Of a stretch of 37,786 nt of DNA, positions 19,207 to 28,566 are shown piece after piece. The position numbers and the translations under genes are program-made. The DNA is taken from assembly GCA_046094845.1 (NCBI GenBank), contig JBJTIE010000183.1:1-37786 (forward strand), in the 5' to 3' direction. The stretch comes from Planctomycetaceae bacterium (GTDB lineage Bacteria; Planctomycetota; Planctomycetia; Pirellulales; UBA1268). How positions within the stretch are numbered: the first letter of the stretch is position 1; the number at the start of each line of letters is the position of its first letter. The notes under the pieces were generated by a model. The model did no database searches, was not told where the DNA came from, and was given only the letters and a program-made list of their open reading frames with translations.

Positions 19207-21024
19207 CTACCTCGGCGGCTGCGTCTGAAAGGGATTGAAGGGGGCGGTGTCGAGCGGCGGCCCGCCGGGGAATCCGGGCCCGCCCTCGGCCGCGGCCGCC
19301 GGCGGATAGAGCGTGTCGCGATACCGCACGATTCTCGGCTCCGAGTCGGCGGCCGATACGAACTCCAGGCTGCCATCCCGCTTCACGAAGATCATCTCCA
19401 GCGGCTCGGCCGGTCCCGCAGCCTGCGGTTTCACCTGCCGCCCACCCCGGGCGGGCGCGACCGCCGCCGGATCGGCCTGCTGACCGATCACGTCGAGCAG
19501 CACCCGGTTCGTGGTCGTCTTCTCTCCTTTGAACCGCACGTCGCCCGCTTTGTTGAGCGATTCGTCCACGTTCGCGACGCCACCGATCTCGGTGACGACG
19601 CTTCGGAGCGTGAAGTTGCCGGTGTTCAGCGACGGCGCCAGCACCAATAGTTCGAGCATGCCCGGCTTGAGCTTGAGCCGCTTCACGTCATCGGCGTCGA
19701 GCCGCGCGGCGAGCATCATGACAGGGTCGGGAATCCGCACCGCGGCCGTGGCATCGCTCGGCGACGAGGCGAGCTGCGGGTCGGCCGCCAGGGCCGGCTC
19801 GACGATGGTCTGCGGATCCAGGCCGAAGTTGGGGTTCCGCACCTTCAGCCGCACCCGATACTGATAGCTCTTGCCGGGCTCGACGGACGTGTCGATGAAC
19901 CGAAACATCCGCTGCGGCGGGCCGTGCGGCTGTTCCGCGCCGGACTGCGGCGGCACGGCCTCCGGAGGTGGCTGCGGCGGCGCGAGGGCTGCCGTGCCAT
20001 CGCTCCCCTCCACGAACTCGGCGGGAGGTGTCTGCTGCTCCGTCGCAGGCTGTCCGGGCTGGAGTTCAGCGGCCTCTTTCTTCGTCAGGGCGTCGAGCAC
20101 CAGCGGATGAAACTGCTCCGGCCCCCATGGCTCGTCGATCCTCGTGGGCAACAGGCCGCAGAATCCGAAGGGCGTCAGCTTCCGGTCACGGCCATCCTGG
20201 TCCGACGCGAGTTGGTACTCCGCCGGAACACGATTGGCATCCGCCGCCGCCCACTGGGCGATCCGCAGCTTGAGCACGGCCTGTTGATCGAGCTTCTGCC
20301 ACGCCTCTTTGCCCCCCTCGCCGGTCGAACGCTCGATGTCGAAGTCGGTCCAGACGGCCCGGTCGAGCTTCTCATCACGAAAGCCGACCTCCGCGAACGC
20401 CTGGTCGAATTCCGCCTGCTGCTTCACCGCCGGGATCATGCCCGTCACGATCACGTAGGGCACCACGCGCCCCGGCTTCCCGGCCGGCTCCCGCGGCTGC
20501 GCGGGCTCGGCGGGCTGCTCCGGCGACTGTGGAGTGGCGCCGCGTGGCGGCCGTGAGCCTCGACCCTCACCGGGCTGGCCGGGGCCTGCCGCTCCGGCCG
20601 GCTTCACGTCCAGCACCGCGATGCCGGCCACGGCCCGCAGGTCCTCGAGGGGCAGCACCTTGGGCTTCGAACGTCTGGCGAGATCCTCGAAGAGCGGCTT
20701 GTCGAGCAGCGCGAGATCGCGGGCCTCCTCAGGCTTCGCGTTCCGCCAGCCGTCGATCCGGGCCGTGAGCGAGGCATGCTCCGGGAGCAGATCGGCGGGG
20801 GGTTCGGCCACGCTGCCGATGTGCGCGCTGGCCTGTGCGGCACTGGCTTGAATGGCGGAGGGAAGCTGATTCGACCGCACCGACTCCAGCCGCACGGCAG
20901 TGATGCCGCTCCATGCCAGCCAGATCGCGCCGAGGCCGAGGCCTGCGGCGATGAACTTCTCGCCATGCCGCAGCAGGAAGTCGAGCAGGGCATCCTTGTT
21001 GAACGAGATCGACGGTCGCTTCAT
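19207..21024 (-). CDS. Membrane-anchored hypothetical protein of the pilM operon with an FN3-like segment
   Basis: N-terminal TM helix after HGEK; FRFIDTSVEPGKSYQYRVRL...NPNF is FN3-like; ATGA overlap with the upstream gene. Confidence 0.78.
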   Translation of the reverse strand: MKRPSISFNKDALLDFLLRHGEKFIAAGLGLGAIWLAWSGITAVRLESVRSNQLPSAIQASAAQASAHIGSVAEPPADLLPEHASLTARIDGWRNAKPEEARDLALLDKPLFEDLARRSKPKVLPLEDLRAVAGIAVLDVKPAGAAGPGQPGEGRGSRPPRGATPQSPEQPAEPAQPREPAGKPGRVVPYVIVTGMIPAVKQQAEFDQAFAEVGFRDEKLDRAVWTDFDIERSTGEGGKEAWQKLDQQAVLKLRIAQWAAADANRVPAEYQLASDQDGRDRKLTPFGFCGLLPTRIDEPWGPEQFHPLVLDALTKKEAAELQPGQPATEQQTPPAEFVEGSDGTAALAPPQPPPEAVPPQSGAEQPHGPPQRMFRFIDTSVEPGKSYQYRVRLKVRNPNFGLDPQTIVEPALAADPQLASSPSDATAAVRIPDPVMMLAARLDADDVKRLKLKPGMLELLVLAPSLNTGNFTLRSVVTEIGGVANVDESLNKAGDVRFKGEKTTTNRVLLDVIGQQADPAAVAPARGGRQVKPQAAGPAEPLEMIFVKRDGSLEFVSAADSEPRIVRYRDTLYPPAAAAEGGPGFPGGPPLDTAPFNPFQTQPPR

Positions 21025-22340
21025 GCGCCCTCCTCCGCCCCAGGTGCTGCCGTGGCCGGCGCGTCGGGGGGCGTCGCCAAGGCGATGGTGCCCCGCAGTT
21101 CGACCCGCACGTCATGCCGCCGCTGCGGTGCCGGCGCCCCGCCCACCCCCGCCTCGGGATTGATCCGCACCTCCCGCACGTCGATCGGCAGGCTGGCCGC
21201 AGCGAGCGAGACGAGCAGACCGTCGAGTTCACGCTGATCGATCACACCCTTGAACACGAAGGGCACGAGGTGCACCATCCGCGCGTCGGGCACCGTGGCG
21301 AGCTGGGCTGCGGTGAGCGGCTTGCCGGCAAAGTCGACGTAGATCAGGTTGCGGTAGGCATCCTCGGTCGCCCCCTTCGAGGCCGGTTCAAACCGAGGGT
21401 TCAGGACGCTCTCCCTCTTTCCGCCCGCCGCCATCGGATCGTCCAGCGGCGGCGGCGCGCCGGGGGGCCGCCCGATCGCGAAGCCGTCGGCATCGACGGG
21501 GCCGCCGTCCGCCGCCTGCTGGGCTCCGGCGGGGACGACGATCCGCGTGGCCTCCGCCGCGGCCTGGGCATCCTTGGCCGCCCGGTACCCCACGGCCAAC
21601 TCATCCACCAGGAGAATCGGCAGGTCGCGACTCCCCTGGGCCTTCTTCCGCCCGTTGAACTGCCCAATCACGTCGCAGAGCGCCCCGTAGACCCACAGTT
21701 CCTCCTGGGCCACGAGCACCTGCGTGGTTGTCGGTGGCACGTCCCACACGAACGACTCATAGAGCTCCTTCTGATCGGCGGCATTCCACGTGGTCTCGAG
21801 CTTTGGCGGGATGATTCCATCGGGCCGCCCCGGCTGCCTTCCAGGCTGGACGGCGGGCGGCGCCGCCTCGACCATCTCGTCCTTCACGCCAAGCCGTGCC
21901 GGCAGGCTGCGGGCGAACCGGGGCACGATCTTCTGATACCGCAGCAGATACTTCCGCTCCAGCTTGCCGCCGGTCGCGAGGTTCGCCGCCGCCGGCAGAA
22001 AATCCTCCGTGCCGAGATCGTCGGGCCACTTTCGCAGCCCGGCCTGGCTGTCCCAGAGCTGCTGCCACTCCGCGCGGGTCTCGGCGGCGATCTTCCCGGT
22101 TTCGTTCTCGATCGCCCGGGCCCATTCCGCGTTGGGGTGCGGGGCCACGCGTGTCACGCTGCTGATCTGACCCAGCGTCGCCTGGATCTTCTGCCGCTGC
22201 TGATTGATCCGGGTGGTGATGGCGGCATTGCCGAGCCAGAGCACGGTCAGCGCGATCACCGGCACGACGGCGGCCAGGATCCAGAAGTGGTATTTGGCGA
22301 CGACGGCCAGGGTCTGCCGCGCGTTGTCAGGGAGTTCCAT
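21021..22340 (-). CDS. Membrane-anchored hypothetical protein, positional PilO-like candidate
   Basis: N-terminal TM helix (KYHFWIL...) followed by a coiled coil, directly downstream of pilM. The PilO assignment is inferred from position only. Confidence 0.72.
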   Translation of the reverse strand: MELPDNARQTLAVVAKYHFWILAAVVPVIALTVLWLGNAAITTRINQQRQKIQATLGQISSVTRVAPHPNAEWARAIENETGKIAAETRAEWQQLWDSQAGLRKWPDDLGTEDFLPAAANLATGGKLERKYLLRYQKIVPRFARSLPARLGVKDEMVEAAPPAVQPGRQPGRPDGIIPPKLETTWNAADQKELYESFVWDVPPTTTQVLVAQEELWVYGALCDVIGQFNGRKKAQGSRDLPILLVDELAVGYRAAKDAQAAAEATRIVVPAGAQQAADGGPVDADGFAIGRPPGAPPPLDDPMAAGGKRESVLNPRFEPASKGATEDAYRNLIYVDFAGKPLTAAQLATVPDARMVHLVPFVFKGVIDQRELDGLLVSLAAASLPIDVREVRINPEAGVGGAPAPQRRHDVRVELRGTIALATPPDAPATAAPGAEEGA

Positions 22341-22376
22341 ACCGGTCTCGGGATACGGTGGCGGGGTGGCTGTGGC

Positions 22377-24455
22377 TCATTCGGCCACAGGGGCCGCTGG
22401 GGCAGGGGGAGCGGGCTTCGTGCCGGGCACGGTCGGCTGCCAGGCAAACTGGAGCGTGAAGTTGTAGCGACTCAATTCGACCGTCGGCACGCCGGCACCG
22501 CTCGGCTGGCCGGCCGCGGCCGTCGGCTGCAGCCTCGGCACCTTTTCCGGGCGGATTGGCGACGACTCGACGATCACGGGATAACCGATGCCGAGCTCGG
22601 TCACCGGCACCCGTTGACCAGCCAGCGGCCCGGCCGACACGAGCACCTTGTCCCCCTCGCCCAGCAGGTTCTTCACGAGCGTCGACCGCACGAACTGCTC
22701 CCCCTCGTCGGGCTTGTGGCGGTCCTCGTTGTGATAGTGGTGGGCCGTGATCTGGATCACCCAGCCCGAACCCTTCGGCCCCTCGGCGACGGCTTGACCA
22801 TCGGCTGCAGCCTGACCATCCGCGGGCGTCGTCCCTGCGGCAGGCTCGGACCCCGGCTCGGTCGGGGCGGCGGCGGCCGTCGCGGCCGGCGATACCGGAT
22901 GGGTGTCGTGCCACTGCTTCTTCACGCCGGCGAACCACACGGCCAAATCGGGGAAGTATTGGCAGTCGATGCTCTCGACGTGGATCTCCTGGCGATCGGC
23001 CGGATTCTCGGGCACGTCCCCGGCATCGTCCTGCGGCAGGAGCGACTCCACGGCCCGCAGCATGTCGAGCGTCTGGAATCGCCGTTCGTGCACCTGCGCG
23101 AGGCTGCCCTGCTGGTCGATCGCCGCCTGCCGCTTCGCCTTGGACTCGTCCACGGCCGACGACTCCGCCTGCGACCGCCGCTGGGCCGCCTCGGCGGCTG
23201 CGAAGGCACCGGCGAAGCCGGGGTCGGCGTAGGTCTTCCAGGCGAAGAACAGGCCGGTGAAGCTCACGAGGCCGGCGGCCAGCAGGCCCACGAGCCCGCC
23301 CACGGCCCAGGGCCGCTTCTGCTCGATGATGCGGGCGCGGAGGATCTCCTGCGGCATCAGGTTGGTGGTCATCTGGCCGCCGCCGGCCGCCTGCAGGGCG
23401 AGGCCGTAGGCGGTGCCGAACGCGAGTCGGTTTTCCTTGAAGGCGGGAGCCGAGAGCACGCCGTCCCCCTCCAGGGAGTCGAATTTCTCCGGCCGCTGCA
23501 CATCGAGCTTCAGTTGTTGCGCCACGAAATCGGAGAGGCCGCGAAGCCGTGCGGCATTGCCCAGGAGCAATACCTTGCCGATGGTCGCGGTGCGGTCGGC
23601 GCCGGTGAAGTAGTTGAGCGACCGCTGCAGCTCGGCGGAGAACTCGTTGAACACCGGACGCATCGCCTTGAATACGGCCTTCGGGTCCTCGGCCCGCACG
23701 GCGTTCCGCTTGAGGTGCTCGGCCTTCGCGAACGTGAGCTTGAGATCCTGGACGAGGGCCTTCGTAAACGAGCTGCCGCCGATCGGCATGCTCCGTTGCC
23801 AGATCCGCAGGCCGTTGGTGATCACGATGTCGGTGGCATCGACGCCGATCGACACGACGACGGTCGATGGCGGCGGCGGCCCCAGTTCATCCCCCGGCGG
23901 TGGCGGCGGCTGGTCGAAGAGCACCATGTTGGCCAGGGCGATCGGCGCGAGCTGCAACACGTCGATCGACACGCCCGCAGCATCGAGGGGCGCGAGCGAC
24001 TTGTAGACCTGCTCCCGTTTCATCGCGAACAACGCCACCTCGGCGTCGAGCACGAAGCCGCCCTCCTCCATTCCGCCGGCCAGCCGCTGCCAGTCCCAGA
24101 CCACCTGCTCCATCGGGAAGGGAATCTGCTGTCGAGCCTCGTACTTCACGATGTCGGGAATCTTCTTGGCCTCGATCGGCGGCAGCTTGATGAACTTCGA
24201 AAGTCCCAGCTGCCCGGGCACGGAGAGGGCCACGCGGTCGCCGCGGAGGTCGTTTCGCTTGGTGAACTCCTCGAGCGCCGCCCGTACCAGTTCCGTGGCG
24301 TCGGCCTCGGGCTGCGAGAGCAGCATCGGGTATTCGATGTAATCGAAGCCCTCGGCCACGAACTTCCGCGGGTCGGCGGGCGACAGCCGGCCGCGGAGAG
24401 CCTTGAGGCCGCACTTGCCGATATCGATTCCCCACGTGAATGGACTGCGGGCCAT
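22377..24455 (-). CDS. pilM: Type IV pilus assembly protein PilM with a fused PilN-like C-terminal extension
   Basis: WGIDIG..GLKA, KFIKLPP, YEARQQIPF, GGSSFTKAL and ELQRSLNYF (actin-like PilM). These are followed by NLMP (PilN-type INLLP motif), a TM helix and a coiled coil. Confidence 0.88.
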   Translation of the reverse strand: MARSPFTWGIDIGKCGLKALRGRLSPADPRKFVAEGFDYIEYPMLLSQPEADATELVRAALEEFTKRNDLRGDRVALSVPGQLGLSKFIKLPPIEAKKIPDIVKYEARQQIPFPMEQVVWDWQRLAGGMEEGGFVLDAEVALFAMKREQVYKSLAPLDAAGVSIDVLQLAPIALANMVLFDQPPPPPGDELGPPPPSTVVVSIGVDATDIVITNGLRIWQRSMPIGGSSFTKALVQDLKLTFAKAEHLKRNAVRAEDPKAVFKAMRPVFNEFSAELQRSLNYFTGADRTATIGKVLLLGNAARLRGLSDFVAQQLKLDVQRPEKFDSLEGDGVLSAPAFKENRLAFGTAYGLALQAAGGGQMTTNLMPQEILRARIIEQKRPWAVGGLVGLLAAGLVSFTGLFFAWKTYADPGFAGAFAAAEAAQRRSQAESSAVDESKAKRQAAIDQQGSLAQVHERRFQTLDMLRAVESLLPQDDAGDVPENPADRQEIHVESIDCQYFPDLAVWFAGVKKQWHDTHPVSPAATAAAAPTEPGSEPAAGTTPADGQAAADGQAVAEGPKGSGWVIQITAHHYHNEDRHKPDEGEQFVRSTLVKNLLGEGDKVLVSAGPLAGQRVPVTELGIGYPVIVESSPIRPEKVPRLQPTAAAGQPSGAGVPTVELSRYNFTLQFAWQPTVPGTKPAPPAPAAPVAE

Positions 24456-24530
24456 GCGGGGTGGGCTTCCAGAAGGATCGGCGCTGTGGCGGGAGGAGTG
24501 GAGCGCGGGTGAAACCCGCCTCCATGACGC

Positions 24531-24560
24531 AATTTACGAATGCCGGCGAAGGGGTGTCAA
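24531..24560 (-). promoter_or_regulatory. Putative sigma70 promoter of the pilM operon
   Basis: Minus strand TTGACA-N18-TAAATT, about 75 nt upstream of the ATG. Confidence 0.55.
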
Positions 24561-24612
24561 ACGAGCGGGCGGGTTTGGCCGCGGCATCACTGCCGTGAAT
24601 TACACTGCCCGC

Positions 24613-27162
24613 ATGGAAGCCGAACGCCGCGCCCCAGCCCCAGTCCTCGCCCTGCGGCCCACCGTCTTCCTCCCCTGCCACACGCTCGACGACTTTCCCT
24701 CCTGGCTCGACGAGCAGGACGCCGACGAACTGCTCGCGGCCTGGACGACCGCCTGGCATCCGGCGGTGATCGCGACGGGGGGGACGATGCCGGCGTGGGC
24801 GAGCGCCGACCTGCCGCCCCCGGCCGATGCGGCCCTCCTCGGCGTCGTGCCGGCCTTCTGTGACGACCGCTTCGCGGCCCAGTTCGACGCCGCCGTGGTG
24901 AACGACTCTCGCTGGGTGCGGGGCGTCGCCGGCCGCGCGGCGTTGCTCGAGGCGGTGGCGGTTGCCGCAGACGCGGTCGCGGGGCCGATGGGCGACCTGC
25001 CCGCCGCCGCCTGGGCCGATGATTTTCACGCGCTCGGCCTTGGCGTGCTGGTGTCGGAATTGCTCGCCCGCCGGATGCGTTCGGCCACCGATCTCGACTC
25101 GGGGGGCTTCGCAGCCGCGGTGGTCGCCGCCGCTCGAGCCGCCGTCGCCGGCCGTGATGACGACGCACGGGCCGGCCTGCAGGAGTGCTTCGGCTGGCTG
25201 GAGAGCTGGCGGGCCCGCTACTACCCGGTCGACTTCTGGGTGCTCGATCTCGTTCTGCTGGCGGCCTCGACGCTTGGTCGTCCGCTGGCCGGAGAGCTGG
25301 AGGCCGGCGTGCCGCTGGGCATCGTGGCCTCCTCCGACCTGCTCGCGATGCTGGCCCGCGATCATGCGCCGGTGCGCGAGCGCCTGCGGGAGCGGGTGGC
25401 CGCGGGCACGGTGTCGCTCTGCGGCGGTGCCGCTGACGATCGGCCGCTCGACCCGCTGCTGCCGGAGGAGCTGCAGGCCTGGCTCGCCGCGGGGATCGCC
25501 ACGTGTCGCGAGGTCACGGCCGCCGCGCCGGCCACGTTCGCCCGGTATGCCGGAGGCTCGTCGGCGATCCTGCCGCAGCTGCTCACCGGACTCGGCATCG
25601 ACTCCGCCGTCTGGGGATTGTTCGACGGCTCGCCGCTGCCTGATCCCGGCACGGGACGGATCCGCTGGGAGGGCACCGGTGGCGGGAGCGTGGAGGCGGT
25701 GGCCCGGCCGCCGCTCGACGCCCGCACGGCCCGCGCCGTGCTCACGCTGCCGGAGCGGATCGGCGATGCGCTCGACCATGACCACGTGGCGGTGATCACG
25801 TTTGCCCATCACGCCGGCACGGCCGGTCCGTGGCATGACCTCCTGCGGCGGATCGGCCGCTGGACCACGGCGCTCGGCACGTTCGTCACGCCCGCCGAGT
25901 TCTTCGCCCGCACAGCCGGCTCGGGCACGCCCGCCTCGTTCGAGCCCGACGCCTTCGCGCCGGAGCGTCCGCCCGCGACCGGCCCGGCCACCGCGATCGA
26001 CCGCGGGATCGCGGCGGTGCAGGCGTCGGCTGCGGCCGTCGTGGCTGCCCGGGCGACGCTCACGCCGCTGATTGCGGCGGCCCCGCTCGCCACGCCACGG
26101 CCGGCCGGAGACGCGGCCGCAGCGGGTGACCGCGGCTGGTGGGCCACGGCCGGCGGCTGGTTCGGCCTCGCGCCGCGCGAAACCGCCGAGCGGGTGCTCG
26201 ACAACGGACTCGTGCGGCTGGAGGCGAGCGCGACCACGGGGGGCATGCTCTCGTTCAGGCGTCCCTGTGACCGCGGCAATCGGCTGTCGCAGCAGCTGGC
26301 GCTCCGCAGCGGCCCCGAGGGGCTCACCCGGATGCAGGCGGATGCGATCGTGCGCGGCCGCACGGCGAGCGGCCGCGACGGACTCGTGACCACGGGCCGA
26401 CTACTCGCCGCCGGCGATCGTGAGGCGGGCCGTTTTCGGCAGGGCATGTCGCTCGTGGAGGGGCTGCCGCTGGCCGTGCTCGACATCGAGGTCGTGCCCG
26501 CCGCCGCGCTCACCGGCCCGCTGTACGACGCCCACGCCTGCTGTCGATTCGCCTGGAACGAGAACGAGGCGGTGGATGTCTGCCGCAGCCTGCACGGCCA
26601 GTCGATCGTCACGGAGCGGTCGCGGTTCACGGCACCGCACGTCATCGAGCTGCTCGTCGGGGGCGGCCTGCGGGCGGCGGCGAGCGATGATCGCGATGCG
26701 GTGGCGATCCTCACCGGCGGCCTGCCCTGGCACATGCGGTCGAGTCCGCACGTGCTCGACTCGATCCTCACGGCGGCGGGGGCCCCGACAGGCATGCCGA
26801 TCACACGACGGCTGGCCGTGGGGCTCGGACTCGAGCGGCCCTGGGATCTGGCGCTCGATCTGCTGGCGGGCGCACCGCTCGGGCCGACGCCGGTGCTCGT
26901 GCCCCCCGGCGTCCGGCTGGTCGCGTTCCCGGCAGCCGTGGGGGGGGACGATTCGGCCCGGATGCGGATCGGCATCGTCGAGTCGGCCGGCCGACCGGGT
27001 CCGGTGCGGATCGAGTGGGCGGTGCCCGTGGCGCGGGCCACGGCCGTGGACGTCCGGGGCGAGCCGCGTGACGACGTCGAGGTTGCGATCGTGGGGCGGG
27101 CCGTCGTAGCTTCACTTCGACGCTACGAGTGGCTGCAGCTGGAGCTGGAATTCGGAACATGA
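24613..27162 (+). CDS. Divergent glycoside hydrolase family 38 (alpha-mannosidase)-like protein
   Basis: Segments resemble GH38 (GTVSLCGG, ILPQLLTGLGI, IRWEG.GG.SV, VLDNGLVRLE, C-terminal LRRYE). Start at ATG 24613; ATGA overlap with cmk. Confidence 0.6.
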   Translation: MEAERRAPAPVLALRPTVFLPCHTLDDFPSWLDEQDADELLAAWTTAWHPAVIATGGTMPAWASADLPPPADAALLGVVPAFCDDRFAAQFDAAVVNDSRWVRGVAGRAALLEAVAVAADAVAGPMGDLPAAAWADDFHALGLGVLVSELLARRMRSATDLDSGGFAAAVVAAARAAVAGRDDDARAGLQECFGWLESWRARYYPVDFWVLDLVLLAASTLGRPLAGELEAGVPLGIVASSDLLAMLARDHAPVRERLRERVAAGTVSLCGGAADDRPLDPLLPEELQAWLAAGIATCREVTAAAPATFARYAGGSSAILPQLLTGLGIDSAVWGLFDGSPLPDPGTGRIRWEGTGGGSVEAVARPPLDARTARAVLTLPERIGDALDHDHVAVITFAHHAGTAGPWHDLLRRIGRWTTALGTFVTPAEFFARTAGSGTPASFEPDAFAPERPPATGPATAIDRGIAAVQASAAAVVAARATLTPLIAAAPLATPRPAGDAAAAGDRGWWATAGGWFGLAPRETAERVLDNGLVRLEASATTGGMLSFRRPCDRGNRLSQQLALRSGPEGLTRMQADAIVRGRTASGRDGLVTTGRLLAAGDREAGRFRQGMSLVEGLPLAVLDIEVVPAAALTGPLYDAHACCRFAWNENEAVDVCRSLHGQSIVTERSRFTAPHVIELLVGGGLRAAASDDRDAVAILTGGLPWHMRSSPHVLDSILTAAGAPTGMPITRRLAVGLGLERPWDLALDLLAGAPLGPTPVLVPPGVRLVAFPAAVGGDDSARMRIGIVESAGRPGPVRIEWAVPVARATAVDVRGEPRDDVEVAIVGRAVVASLRRYEWLQLELEFGT

Positions 27163-27824
27163 TCGTCACGCTCGACGGGCCGGCCGGTGCCGGCAAGAGT
27201 TCGGCAGCCCGCGCCCTGGCCGCCCGGCTCGGCTGGTGCTACCTCGATACCGGCGCCATGTATCGCTCGATCACGCTCATGGCGATTGAGCAAGGCATCC
27301 CGCTCGACGACGCGCCGCGGGTGGCCGATCTCGTGGAACGGACGGTGATCGAGTTTCGCGACGGCCGCGTGCTGGCCGACGGCCGCGACGTCTCGGCCGA
27401 GATTCGCACCGACCGGATCACGCAGGCCACGCGGGCGGTGGCCGATGCGGCCGACGTCCGCGCCGCGATGAAACGGGTGCAGCGGCGGATGGCCGAGGGG
27501 CTCGACGTGGTCACGGAGGGGCGCGACCAGGGGTCGGAGGTGTTTCCCGACGCGACACTGAAGGTGTTTCTCACGGCGTCGGCCGAGGAGCGGGCCCGGC
27601 GGCGGCTTCAGGAGGAGCTCGACCGCGGGCGGGCGGCCTCGATCGAGGAGGTGCAGGAGTCGCAGGCACGGCGCGACGAAGGCGACCGCACCCGGCCCGT
27701 GGGCGCGATGCGCCCCGCCGCCGATGCGGTGCTCGTGGAGACCGACGGCATGTCGCGGGAGCAGGTGGTCGAGCGGCTCGCCGCGCTCATCGCCGCGAGG
27801 CTGACCGAGCGGGGCTCGTCATGA
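27159..27824 (+). CDS. cmk: Cytidylate kinase
   Basis: DGPAGAGKSS, YLDTGAMYR, VTEGRDQG.VFP, FLTAS.EERA.RR and RD..D..R motifs. Confidence 0.95.
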   Translation: MIVTLDGPAGAGKSSAARALAARLGWCYLDTGAMYRSITLMAIEQGIPLDDAPRVADLVERTVIEFRDGRVLADGRDVSAEIRTDRITQATRAVADAADVRAAMKRVQRRMAEGLDVVTEGRDQGSEVFPDATLKVFLTASAEERARRRLQEELDRGRAASIEEVQESQARRDEGDRTRPVGAMRPAADAVLVETDGMSREQVVERLAALIAARLTERGSS

Positions 27825-28566
27825 GCGGGCCCGACCCAGCGCGCGAGGCCGAGACAACGCCGAGCCGGCCCGGCGGCGGCCATTCCGCGTTCGGCCGCTG
27901 GCTCTATGCGGTGCTCTGGGTGCTCTGCCGCACGCTGGGCGTGTCGATGTTCGGCGTGCGCACGCGGTTCGCAGAGCCGCTGCCGCAGACGGGGGGGCTG
28001 CTCGTGCTCTCCACGCACCAAAGCCACCTCGATCCGCTCCTCTTGGGGCTGGCCACGGATCGCCGGCTGTCGAGCCTGGCCCGCAGCTCGCTCTACACGT
28101 TCAAGCCCTTCGGCTTCATCATCACGGCGCTCGATGCGGTGCCGATCGACCGCACCACGTCGGCGGTGAAGGCGATGAAGCTGGTGATCGAGCGGCTGAA
28201 GCGCGGGGCGGCGGTGATCGTGTTTCCGGAGGGCACCCGCACGCCGAACGGCCTGATGGGCGAACTGAAGCCAGGCTTCGCGCTGTTGGCCAAGAAGGCG
28301 GAGGTGCCGATCGTGCCGGTGGCGATCGTGGGGGCGTTCGAATGCTGGCCGCGGTCGCGGATGTTCCTGCGGCCGGGACGGGTGCGGCTGGAGTTCGGCA
28401 AGCTGATCAGCGTCGCCAGGCTGCGGCGCTGGACGACCGCGGGCTCACGGCGGAGTGCGACCGCCGGCTCCGCGAGCTCGACGCGACGGCCCGCCGCATC
28501 CGCAACGGGCTGCCCGTCACGGACGTGCCGTCAGCCCGGAAGCGTCGTGAGCGAGCGGATGATTGA
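27821..28566 (+). CDS. plsC: 1-acyl-sn-glycerol-3-phosphate acyltransferase with an apparent frameshift near 28416
   Basis: HQSHLD (HxxxxD), FPEGTR and PIVPVAI motifs. The natural helical C-terminus (QAAALDDRGLTAECDRRLRELD) lies in another frame ending at 28566. Confidence 0.85.

Noticed and set aside
21114-24512. 1132-aa plus-strand ORF and other long overlapping ORFs (e.g. 1804-3084, 4309-5826, 8667-10337, 15872-17806, 31471-33291)
   Set aside because: They are antisense or off-frame shadows of well-supported genes, as expected in high-GC DNA, and carry no recognisable motifs.
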